Shown piece after piece: positions 1 through 12,400 of a stretch of 64,000 nucleotides of DNA. The position numbers were made by a program, and so were the translations under genes. The notes under the pieces are model-generated. The model had not been told where the DNA came from. It did no database searches and worked only from the letters and a program-made list of their open reading frames with translations. This DNA is from Balanoglossus misakiensis. Lineage: Eukaryota > Animalia > Hemichordata. The stretch covers positions 13,318,242-13,382,241 of the forward strand of contig CM082580.2 in the NCBI GenBank assembly GCA_040954595.2, in the 5' to 3' direction. Position 1 is the first letter of the stretch, and every line of letters begins with the position of its first letter.

Positions 1-358
1 ATAACACCTCATGGAAAACTAAAAACCGTCAGCAGCACACACAAAAAACTAAAGTGGCATTTCCTATGGCAGCTCACACAGACATAAAGGAGTGAAAATG
101 CAAATATTGCGGAACTCAAGCCAAATTGCAAACTCCAAAACACTGGTGTAAAGAAAAAAATAAACAACAACAACACGGGGGGAGTCACTCCTATTGAAAA
201 TATATTGCATACTGTGGTTTACAGTACAGAATGGGCAAGTACAATGGATTGGTGTGACACCCCCTGTTGACTGGTTAGTATTGCACACCGCAAACTTAGT
301 GAAGCACACACACAGCTGCACAAGATCAGCAACTAGTCTACTGAAAGCATCCCCTGCA

Positions 359-370
359 TTTATTTTGTAC
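359..370 (-). terminator. Candidate distal polyadenylation signal (UGUA followed by AAUAAA)
   Basis: The minus strand reads ...ACATTGTACAAAATAAATG; AATAAA is at 364-359, with a CFIm-type TGTA just upstream. Confidence 0.45.
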
Positions 371-3300
371 AATGTAGCTTTGATAAAAATTTCCTGAAAA
401 TTGCCACCAAAAAATATCTTGGAGAAAATTATTGCAAAATGTTCAGCTCTCCTGTTCAACACCTGAAATATACACATCAAACCGACCGAACTCAGAGGCT
501 GACATTTTAAATCCATAAAAGGAAGTTCATTTTCATACATTTCCATATATGGAAATGTACTAGAACATTTGAAGACTGATTAGCCAATCAGCTTTGGGGA
601 GCTTTCATTCTACATAAGCATATATACAGGCAATGTAAAGCTAAGTCTACGGCAAAACGTTGTAAAATTCTGGCCAACAAAACTCAAAATTATCAAATAT
701 ACTCAAAAAATAACTCTTCAAATGGACCGGAATGATAAAAACAGGATATATTGCACAAACCACACACATAATCCCTATTTCTTGGGAAAGAAAACATCTT
801 GGTAAAATTTGATACTGTTTAGCTAAAACATGATTGGTCCTCCTCATACCTTATGCAAATGATATTCCAAGAAATTAAAGACAGAAGATTTAAGAAATTA
901 AGAGCATTTTGACATTTTATGAATAACAATTTTGAAAATAAGATTTTCAAGAATGAAATTTTGGGTTCACTTTTTTAAATTTTAACCCCAATGCAGTATG
1001 CTTGTATTTACAGTAATACTAGCAAACAAACTACACAAGTTTCATCCTTGCTCCAACAACATGCAATACGAGCTCATTATTTCTGACTCATAATTTTCCC
1101 CTTTTTTTCTAAAATGCTAAAAATTAGACCAGCCTCGCACAACGGAGGAAGAAATGAATTGATATGATTGAATGAGAGTCAAATATCTGTTGTTTATCTT
1201 CAAAATAACTGGTCAAACTAAGGTCTTTGATGAATAAGTAATTTGCATATATTAAAGGATGTCTGTACAAAAGGTTGCACACAAAAATCGACAACGCACA
1301 CTAATTTTAACAACAGCAACAACACTACCAAAACATACAAGCTTGATACACACACAAATATTATATATATATATTTTTTCACTTTTTTGGAGTATTCTAG
1401 AAAAAAGTGTATGAAGAGTAAAAATCAGCATATGAAAGGGAGGATTGAGTCTTGCGTTTGATTTGGAGACTATCTGCCGGCTTTGATGCGTGGCCAGCTG
1501 TATTCACAAGAAGCGTACTTGATTAGAAACTGTCAGAAAGCTGCAGATTTTATGCGCCTAATCTGCTATAGAGAAAGAAGCTGGTGTTGAGATGAGATGA
1601 CACTTGACTGACTTTCACACAAAAAATATGCAGGTAACGACACAAAAGGAAACAAACCATTTCTATGTTGACTACGCAGAACACAAAAGGCTCGAAAAAT
1701 AGTTATTTTTTTCTGAAGCCACCCTGCTGTTGTAGTTATATCCGATTATTTCTGTTTCAAACAAAACTGTTTTTCAAGTTAAGTAAAAACCTTAAAGCTG
1801 ACTGTTTAGTATTCATAAACTGTAACATTTCATTAAGAATTAAGAGGAAGGTACTTCCATATATGGTCACGATGATGCCATATTTGGAAAAGAAAATATA
1901 TATGTATAATCATATAGTTAAGTACAGGAGTCACATAGAAGGAATTTCCAGACCATATTTGGAATGATAAGTCACAAACTGATAAAACATTATTTGAATA
2001 TTCATACCCAATAGATATTTCATTGGCAATTTTTCTTCAGCAAACATATACACACAAAATCTTAAATATATATATTCTAAAAGTAACAGTTCATTATTTT
2101 AAGTACTCTTTCAAAACTGAATGGCTCACTTTCAGGGAAAATGTGTTAAAATAACTTCTTCCTTTTCTGGATTAATGCTGGTTGGTATGGCAACTTATTC
2201 ACGTAAGTACTTTGGCAGTAAAATGACATTTTGAAAAAGTCTCATTTTTTGTTGAAAACTTAAATGTGTTTTGTTTTCACTTGCGACTAATTTTCTTGAT
2301 TGGGTTCACCTCTGACGAGTTTTAAACTCACAGACTTAATTTGGGGGCCACTTTTTTGCATCATTAATCAATTCAAATATTCTGACCAAATTTACCTCTG
2401 AATAAATTATCTGTAGTCCACAGATATGTTCGTTCACTTTTAATTTAATTTAGTTGAACGATCTAAATTTAGTTTTCCCCGATGCAACCATGAATTTGGC
2501 AAATAATATCTTAACAAGCAGATATTAATCATTAGATTACATTTTTGTTCCTTACGGATTATAATTTTTTGCAGGTTGATGAATTATAGTTTTACTTAGA
2601 GTCAAACTAGAAATAAATTATTGGCCAATCTCTTCCTCTTTCTCAAATTCTCCTTTCAGCGTTTCAAGAAAAAGAACACATTTTCCCTGAACGGCCATCC
2701 AACCATAAAAAACCTGTAATTTGAATATAATATATTCTGAAATCAACTTTTGAAAACAACACACACTATGTTGAATTGTTCAACATATAAATAATTGTGA
2801 CACACAACCTTAAAAACTAGCTTCATAGACTTGTTGGCAACAGTGCATGTAATTTGAAAGTGTCACACACTTTTGGCAGAGCCTACACTTCCTCTGATGG
2901 TTAAGTACAATGATGAAGTTATTTTGTTTGTTTTTTAAAATAACTGAAGAGATTGTTCTCATCAAATAAGAATCATGTTCTTCATTCTAAGCAGCTGAGC
3001 CATTTTTAACACTTTTAACTTCTGCAGTTTTTCTCTTGATCAAGAAAAATAACACTTCACCAAACATACATCTGTGATCTGACCTCTCGATCTGGTCAAC
3101 CTCTTTCTTGTATTATGGACTGGCTCATCTTTATGGACGTGAATTGGCTTGTTCCAATGAGCACGGAAGGCGGGGGACGGAAGGGGGAACAATGTTTGTT
3201 GTCCCTGAAGACAACAATCCCTGCACACGATATTTATCAATTTTTGGACACTGGAGGAAATAAGCAAAACACATCAACCACAGCGCCTGTCTGTGTTGTG

Positions 3301-3860
3301 AACGGTGATGTCATTTCTTTCCTCCAATGGAAAATTAAAGCATTTCTAAAATACCCTACTGGAACAACTGGGACGGAGATAGGGACGAACAACATTCACT
3401 GGAATATTGGAAGCAGCCAATTTGCTAAATCACAAAAAACAACAACAACACAACCTCAGTTCTTAAAACACAAAACCACAACAATCATTTCCCATCTTTG
3501 TCTTAATTATTACTGTCGACAGTACTTATCATAATGCACATTTTTTTGTATTTGTTTTGTTTCTTATCTTAATTTAACTATGGTGAGGTAGATGCAGAAT
3601 TTCATTGATGTAGTAGGCACACGACTTGATATCTGAACTCAATCATCAATACTCCTTGCAGAATTTTTCTTTAATTTCTGCAGGAACACAACCCCAACTG
3701 TAATGTTCTTCCGGATTAAAAACTTTCATCATCTGCATCAGTTAAATCTTATAGGTTTCTTAGCAACAACAGAAGCATCCACGCGCGTATCACTTCTCAA
3801 TCCCATGATGCATAGCTTTCATGTGTATTTTTTTCTTCATTTTGGACTTCTTCTTCAGAG

Positions 3861-3866
3861 TTTATT
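3861..3866 (-). terminator. Candidate proximal AATAAA, ~35 nt after the stop codon
   Basis: Plus-strand TTTATT at 3861-3866; the hexamer is the only evidence. Confidence 0.2.
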
Positions 3867-3901
3867 ACTTGTAGGAATTATGGGTAACAGCTCGAATGCA
3901 A

Positions 3902-4182
3902 TCATGCCTTCGCCGTGCTATTGTTGTTGTTTGTGTTGTTTGGGTCGTCTTGCCATTTGTCCAGCGACCGCCGCCTCGCATTCATGAAGAAGTTACTGAC
4001 GGTACTGAGCTCAAGACCGAGCTGCTGCGCTATCGTGATCTGCATTTCTTTGGACGGTCTTTTGGTTTCTTTGAAGATAGCATGGAGGGTGCGGCGCTGA
4101 ATGTCAGTGAATACAAGACGTGGCTTTTTTGGCATGTTTTGTTCTTGCGGGCTCTTTGCGTCTTCTTCCTTTTTCTTGCAAG
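3902..4182 (-). CDS. onecut: ONECUT/HNF-6 family transcription factor, coding exon 2 (linker and homeodomain, stop codon)
   Basis: Acceptor TTTTGATATTTTTGCAG|CT (AG at 4184-4183). G+CT gives Ala, then CKKKEEDAKSPQEQNMPKKPRLVFTDIQRRTLHAIFKETKRPSKEMQITIAQQLGLELSTVSNFFMNARRRSLDKWQD...*. FFMNARRR carries the diagnostic onecut F48/M50. The spliced CDS is 952+281=1233 nt, i.e. 410 aa plus stop. Confidence 0.97.
3953..4132 (-). other. ONECUT-class homeodomain coding region (approximate limits)
   Basis: PKKPRLVFTD...LSTVSNFFMNARRRS; Phe48 replaces the usual Trp and residue 50 is Met. Confidence 0.95.
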
Positions 4183-6410
4183 CTGCAAAAATATCAAAAG
4201 AATGACAAGTGTTTAATTTGCTGGATTACAATTGTCAGCTCACTAACTGTACATATATCTTATCATTCTGTGAAATGAAAACACTATAGTTTCATCTCAT
4301 GCTTTATAGGACACTGACGAACAGTGTCATGAAACAGAGAACATGAAACTGTAAAAATGATGAATCATCACCATGTTAGCTCAGCTAGCTATTGTTCCTT
4401 TACATAGGAACAGACCTGCAACTTAGGTTCTACATGGAGTCATACATTAACACAACCTCCAAACTGAAATGAACTAAACTCACCAGAATCACACTATTTA
4501 CTGCACTAAAAAACCCTTGTGTGAAAAATTAACCAACTGAATCATAACCAGACTGTCTGACTGTCTATTTATAAATCAGAAATAAAAACTAATGTACTTG
4601 AAAAGAACATGCTCTAATAACCATCTTTTCAAATATCTACAAATAATGACGAGCCCTTCACCAGGAAATAACATCACCTTACCAGTGCCCACCTCCACCA
4701 ACACCACTACCTACAGACTTACACTTATTAACCTCCAAATATTATGAAGTTCACCCATTACAATCTAGGAGAGAATATACCTATTATCCCATCACCTAAA
4801 CCTAACCTTAAAAACCGATCTTATAACTTCACCATGCTATACCATTACCAATACATATTCATGCAAGAAACAGACCAAAAAAATTCACCGAAAATTAAAG
4901 TTTTCCCCAAAAGAATAGAAAGGTATTCAGATGAGAAGAATACTTGTGAAGTAAACACTGGAATCTGAGTGATGCTATTTCTAGATGAAATATCTTCACA
5001 GGCTATTAAATTGTATGTCCATATGGCATTGTATTAAAAGGGGGACATGCATGGATTTCAAATGTGAAAGGAAAAAACAAACTGAGGTTGGACGTTTGAC
5101 ATCGACAATCCGGTTGTCTAACCTACTGTCTCCTCTGATTTAATGTAGCGTAAAGACACCAGATGGTGTAAATTTGTTCATCAAAATAATTTCACAGTGG
5201 TATTAATTGTCCACTGTATATCAGAGTAGAATAATATGTAGGAATAAAATTCAACATCGATCAAATAAAAATACTGACATGCATTTTCTTAAGGATGGAT
5301 CAAGAATATTTTCAGCATACACATTTAATCCCAGTGAGAGAGAGACAGGAAAAAAAATTAGAACAAAAAAACTAAATAATGGTAAGATATTGACTGATTC
5401 AATGAATGAATGAAGATTGTGAATTCTGAGCCTGGTTAAGCCAGTTAAGCTCAGGGTTCTAGTGATGAGAGAGAAGATAGAAATTGTAAAAATTTTCACC
5501 TTTGACAAGCATGTGGCCAGTCGAATTATAGCAAGAGAAATCCTTGGACACTTTACTGTGAGCTTTTGAGAGAAAGAGAGAAAGAAGGGAAAATTAATGG
5601 GAATATCATACAACACTGGGTAGCTTCAGGGAGGAACGTTTTCCCTTTTTTGTTATAAAAAAAACAGTCTATTACAATGCATGCTGGGAGAAGTGGGAAG
5701 ATTTGGACTTCTGCAAAGCTGTGTGCGATCTCATTTGAATTGACTCAGCTGTGTTGGGTTCCTTTTAGCAAGCGCTTTGCTGACGACAAACACCATCTCT
5801 AGGGTGTTTATTCAAAACTGGAAAATGGACACTGGACGACTTAAATACTTTTATTCAACAATTTCCTGAATGTGTATGCATGTAATTTCAGATAGTCTGT
5901 CAGGCGACGAGGTCCAGAAAAGAAAAGGAATTGTGATCTCTCCTTGGGGAGGGGTCACCAATTCCCACCCTGACCAAAACTGTCAAAATTCATCTCCTAT
6001 ATTTTTTTTCATCGCCATTAAACTTTTATATGATATGTTCAGCTCCAACAGAAACTCGCTAAAAATGTCTGTCGTAAATTAGCCTGAGAGAATGTTTTTT
6101 GGCACTTAATATCAGTTGTCTGACCCACAGATCCAGACACCTGTCAATGTGTCTTCCAATTCAAATCCATTGTCTTCTCTCATCGTTCTTGTTTAAAAAT
6201 TAATCAGTAAAAAATTTGATCTCTCTTTTTCTGGTTCCTTCTTTCGGGCACCCTTCATCATATTAATTTATAAAGCACAGAACTATCTCTCCCTCCCCCC
6301 TCATCTCCTCCCATACCTGCCCCACTAATTAACACATTTCGTTTTGCTAATTTACAATTTCCCTTCAGCTAGTACTGAGGAGTCAAGTACAGAAGGATAA
6401 AGTGAGTGCA

Positions 6411-6447
6411 GAGAAAGAGAGAGAGAGAAAGAGACAGAGAGACAGAG
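6411..6447. repeat. Imperfect (GA)n microsatellite
   Basis: gagaaagagagagagagaaagagacagagagacagag. Confidence 0.85.
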
Positions 6448-9400
6448 CGTTTGGCTTCATCACACGCTAATTATCTTACAATGAATCACTCTTCATCGCA
6501 TGTCAGAACCAGCTGTCGTTTGGAGCCACTTTCTCTCAGCTAAATTCATCCCAGCCTCTGTCAATCTCTCTAGCTCAAATCTCAAATATCACCACTAAAG
6601 GATATTGCACTGACACAGTTGGAAATCAGGACGAGGGCCGCCAAAGATACGCTCTGCACAAACGCCAACAGTACACACAAGTACCCACTGCTCACAAGCA
6701 ACAGTACCTTAATTCCCACCATCTATGATTCCACAAATCCATCTCTGAATACAGTACACGCTTGTTTTACTTGCACATATACAAGTTCTAGATACATGCT
6801 TTTGGTCACAAACTACAAGATTTCACGACAAAGCCACCTACAAATGATGTGCAAGTTTTATTACAGCTACAAAGCTTACATTTATAAAGCTATGTGAACT
6901 CCTATTTGGCTATAGCTATTTCATTGAGCAAGTACAGAAATAAATTGTAAAGAATATTTGGAGAACCCATGTCCTCTTAATGTTCTGCAATTGTCTCTTA
7001 AACACTTCAAATCCTAGTCAACATCATAAAATTTTAGCAATAACCTGATCTTTTTAAACAGAAGCTCTAATATCGTTCCCTTGTAAACATTAAAGCAAAG
7101 TACTCGTACATTTTTCATGGTTTTGACACAGGCCTATACATACATGTAACTGTCATTCAGTGAACAAATACAGGGCTGTACTACGTCTGTAACACACTTG
7201 CAGTGTGAAAAACTCATTGACCGGAGGTTTTTTTTTTGCAAATTTTATTGGAGATCAATAGATGAGTGAAAAAGATCTGTAAATGGCAGGATTTGATTTT
7301 CTAGGGTCACTCCATTCAACATTTACTGCTCTGTTGCATTTTGACCTGGCTTACCTAGAAAAAGTTGGAATTAAAAAAAAATGGCACAGTTTTTGCGGAC
7401 CAAGATGACACACCGTATTTGATGAGTAAATATTTTGCCGGAAATGTACACTGCTTAATAAATTTTTAGCACAGTGGTAGTAAACCTTTCTACAGACAAA
7501 GATTATCTGCTTTATCTGTCTGGCGAAAAAATGTACAATTTTTTACAGAACTGCTGGGCTAGGGGTGTTTGGATGGTAAAACTATTTTCAGTGACAGTTG
7601 AGGCTTCCTTTTACGGTTGCTATGGCTTAGCATTCTTGGGAGTTTGATCATATGTGGGTATTAGGATGACAAAGGCGTGCATCTTTTCCAAAATTAGTCC
7701 CTTTGACAGAGCCTGAATGGCGGTGGCTCTAAAGACAAAAGGAGAAGAAGAGGCAAAACACACGACAATACCCGAGGTGATCTATTATTGATGAGCAACA
7801 GACTGCTGCACACAAAACGCTGACAATATAAGATGGCCAATACTCTCTCATCTCACCTAATGCCACAACAATGCAACCGCAGAAGAAACAAAAACAAAAC
7901 AAAAGCGGTGGCGGTCAAAGTATTCTAAAGTCAACTCTCAGGAAAAACGACATATGTGGACAGACAGACACAATGTGGCCTTTCTGGTAATCCCAACATC
8001 TGTTTGGAAACGGACAAAAACAGATACGCCTATTAAGAGATGGTCATTCTAGAGAGAGTCACATGATCTTACTAATTGTTACACTCTTGTGTGTTTTGTT
8101 TTTCACAATTGCTGTGAATGAAGAGAGAACTGCGGTCTTGTGTTCCTGTTTTTTTCACTCAATTGGTGTTTTCTTCAGGTTTCATTTGAAGTGTTTCATT
8201 CTATACTGCCAAAATATTTTTCTAAAATGTCACTGAGACAGACATCATCTGTTTAAATACAATTCCAGGCTGCAATTAACACAAAGAACTAAAAATATAC
8301 ATTTTCTGGATAGCTAACAGTACAACTATTTACTCTAAAGTAAATGTTTAAAACAATATTTTGGAATAGTTTAAGCATCTATGTGCTGGACACTCGGCAG
8401 AAAAAATAAGGAAACGTAATGTTTGAAAATGACATATTTTTTACAGTTTGATATTAAAAGTGCTGTTCATCTGAAAGTTTCCTTGTTGGATATTTAACTG
8501 GCGGGATTTGGTTGCCACAAAAGAGATGGTTAATTAATACATTTCCCACTGTAATCCAATTTCGTTCTCTCAAATGAACATCTGTCTATCATGAAGGCAT
8601 TACTGGCAGCCAAATACGGACAAAAAATGGCTGGGAGAGACAAATCGTCAAAAGGAGCAAAATTGAATTATAGGGAGTGGGGGATACATAGGCTGATTAG
8701 CATTACATCAGTCTGCTTGAAAGCTACAAATCCGCAAACAATACCGGTGTTTCTGTGTTGTCATCATGTAATCTAGTAACAGCCAACCACTTAGCCTGGC
8801 ATATTGTTTTTATTTGGAAATTACTCACTTTTCCTTTGTTCCGTTTTAATGCAATAATGTTTTCGAGCGATGCACTCTCTCTTAAGACACAATCAGCATG
8901 TTTTGTTCTGTGTCATTGAACATTTCTAAATGGATGTTATGGGGGAGCCAGTTTTTTTTCCAGCTCCATATTTAATTGAGTGTCGGAATTCAATTGTATT
9001 CTTTTTTTCTCATAATTGGCTTTGACTGAAAAAATGCTCCGGAAAAATAAGACAATCTCTTTTGGCAACAAAAACAGTAATTTCCACGCTATGAGACCTT
9101 CTGTACCCCTTTTCCCAACAGGACATTTTGCGCCAATAAAAATCATCCTGAAATTACAAAGTCATCCCTGAAATGCAATTCTTTCTGATAGCGCCCATGA
9201 CAAGGCAACTTGTTAAAAATTTCGACAAGGGAAGAACTTCGGAATATCAAAGAGTAATTAAAATCTTAAAAGTAAATGTCAGGCGGCAAGGTAACTCGAT
9301 GAGGATTAGTTTTAATCAACTTGGGGATTTCGGGTACAGCTGACACCCCAGACTGTATGCATCTTAATTTGTTTTTGGCAGAATACAGAAGTTCCCAGAA

Positions 9401-12400
9401 CATGGCTTCTATGGACGAAATACAAAATACTGAAAATTTGACGATGCAAACAGTAGCTTTTGCTTCAGAAAGACTTTGTTTAAATTTTTTTAATTATTGA
9501 GACATCATGGAATTTAACAATTTTATTCCTTGATTACCAAACACATATTTGGGCAAAACAACCAGATTATTAATACCATGTAAAACTACAGAAAATGTGA
9601 ACATAAACAGGTCATAACTTCCCGGTTTTAATAATCGACAGGAGCCAAAAATATTCATCAAATGAGGACTTCTGACCTAAAGTGCACCAAAACCAGCAGT
9701 ATATACAAGTAGGTGTGTTTGCTAGCATGTTGCAACACAGCAACTGACCAAATAAACTCTCTTTTGGAGTGTTCTCTAGGTTTGTATAGTTAATGCCAAA
9801 TTTGGTTCTTTCCCAGTGAATGGTGACATTAGTTTGATCACCTGGATGGGAAATCACCCTGACAATACTTATTTCAGAGAAGGGATGACATCACAATGTT
9901 TCAAGATCACAGAGACGGAACAGAAACTATGGGCTTGGAGGTTTGGATATGTGCTGTGATACTAAGGTGTCATAGATATCTAAATAAAATAAAGAAATAA
10001 TGTTAATTTATACAAACAAATTAATTTTTAATATTTCTTTTATTATGTCTTCATCCTGTATCGATTAATAAAATTTAGCTCTGTATCCAAAATATGTCAG
10101 TTCTGCCCCTCCTTTTAAAAACATGTTTTCACCAATATGGATACAATTTTTTAACAAATTCCTTACATACACTTGCACTGTTTGAAACATTTTTTCATAA
10201 ATTTCAAACTGGTTACACCTTTGTCATTTTCTAAATGATATACATCAATTTGTGTAAGCTAAATCTCTTTACAAAATTACATGCATTTGTTAAAACAATG
10301 AGTCAAATGGTTTTTAATCCCCAAATACATCATTGGAGGGTTGAACAAAATCGGCTTACATCTTGTAGGAAATCCCCTTTAATTGCTGGTCATGTGGTTT
10401 TTAAGTGATTTTTCATAAACAATATCCTGGAAAGATAGAAGAATATTATCCCCTGTGAGGTGGTGGGAAAACGTACCACAGGGCTATCCTTTCTGTTTTG
10501 TTTTGAGAAGGGTTTATAAAATATGTCATGTGTGCTGTGCGGCACACAGACTGAAAAATAATCCCCAGTAAGACCTCAAAAAGCGACTGAAGATTAGTAA
10601 ACCGAACGGCAGCTCGCTAATTACTGGACAAACAGTTACTGCTGGCTTGAGCCGAGAATTAAATCCCAAACTACAACACTGGAAAACTAACACCCCCCCC
10701 CCCCTCCTCCCTGTATTTCATTCCCATCGAAAAGGGGGAGGGGGAAGGGAGTCGGAAAATCCTGATGCATGCTGGGTAACAACCCATTGATTTTGCACCT
10801 GTTTTTTGAAGTAATGCAGCACAAAGGTTTTATCTAAATGAATAATGAGTTTGAAGCAGTCAGAGTAACGCCTAACCAATTACTCTGATATTATCTCAGT
10901 GACAAATCAAACTACAATGGTGAGGGAGGCAAGGAGGGAAAGGAGGTTAGGTGGGGGGACACCGGTTTTATTCATCTATATGGAGGAAGGAAGGACCCCT
11001 CCCCAACAGTTTACATTTCCCCGTTCCAAAATTCTTTTGTGTCTTGATGATAATTATTGTGCTGAACTTTCAATAGTGTCAAACGTTTTCTTCCAATTAC
11101 AAATGAAACATTTGTTTTTTTTCATACTTAAACTGTAATCAAGTGAGGATAGTATATTAGACATCGAAGCAACAGTGATGAGGCTGTGGCCATAGTTTTG
11201 TCAGTAATAAAATAAAAAGAAGAAAGTGACTTGAAGAAGCATTACATGATGCCACATTACCATGGTGACAGCTTCACCCTCACAACACAAAATTTAATCA
11301 CATATTTTGTTAACCCTCAAATAAAGTAAACTCACTTTTTCACCAATTCCCAGAAAAATCTCACGACAAAGAATTGATTACCATTCAGCCGATATAATGA
11401 AGAACTTTCATATTTACTTTGACCATAATTTGAAATGCCTGGCATCACTTTTAATTTTACGGTAATTTCCTAAAGGCCCGACAAAAATAACCAAAAATAT
11501 TGTCCGTGAAATGGCATTCATATATTATGTTTAAATTACCTGCAAGGCATACTACTTCCTTCCCCCAACCTACTTGGGAAGAGTAATTCACATTGGGGGC
11601 ATGTTTTACCCTTTTTTCGGGAGGGAGACAGGAAGGGAGGGCCATTGTGGCCACCGCAATAGTGATGAATACACGACCGAGAATAGAAATCTGAAAATAA
11701 CAGCTCGTGCTTCCTTTAACATCACAAGTGCCATTATGAGGGCCGAGCGAGAAATAACACTTTCTAAGGAACTGCCGATTCTTTTCTGCTGTCTCTATTA
11801 CCATAATATAGTTTTCATACTTACCACAATGAATGCAAAGTAGAGAAAAGCAAACAGTGAGCTTCTAAAAACATTCTCTCTCTCTCTCTTGTAGACAGAA
11901 TTCTAGACCTCACATCTGGCATATTCACTCTCACTCCCAGCTTGTCCAACAACCCTCCAAAGGGGAAAATTTTACACAAATTCTACAAATGTGTTGTCAA
12001 GTTAACATCGCACTGTAGAAAGTTTACGTATTTTTTTTCCTGAAAGGTCTTTGATTAGAAATGCCATCCAATTTTTTTTTTGTGGCTAAACGTGATGATA
12101 TCAAAATAAAAAAATGTTTGAAACAGGGACACCTGTTTCTGACAACTTTTGTGGAGAAAAGAGGTTTTGTACGAGACGGGCGAGTATAATCTGTTCCTGC
12201 TGGGAATGAGTTGAATGGTGATAATGAAATGTTTCCGTAACAGATAGTGCGCGGGATGCAATTTTGTTTTTGAACAAGTCACCGCATGATGATAGTTCCT
12301 CACCACATCATGAATCACATCCTGAATGAAAATTTTGAAACTATGGTAAATCAATGCAATTTAGAAATTTTTTGTCACATTTAATTTTTTTTAAATAAGC

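Larger units (their letters stand above)
340..3901 (-). other. Probable long 3'UTR of onecut (3' end uncertain)
   Basis: U-rich, non-coding sequence on the minus strand downstream of the stop. It contains miRNA seed matches and Pumilio elements and ends at a TGTACAAAATAAA signal. Extent is inferred. Confidence 0.5.

Noticed and set aside
64-3534. 160-aa and 139-aa ORFs and other ORFs downstream of onecut
   Set aside because: No homology or motifs recognised; the region looks like 3'UTR.
3896-4216. Plus-strand ORFs overlapping exon 2, and those at 33939-34782 overlapping exon 1
   Set aside because: Antisense shadows of the real onecut coding exons.
4683-4710. Possible cassette exon TAG|...CTG|GTAAGG on the minus strand
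   Set aside because: 28 nt would shift the frame, and the acceptor lacks a polypyrimidine tract.
5156-5170. CTCF-like words (ACACCAGATGGTGT here; also ~55204-55216 and ~56357-56370)
   Set aside because: Partial matches that are equally explained as E-boxes or chance; not assessable without PWM or ChIP data.
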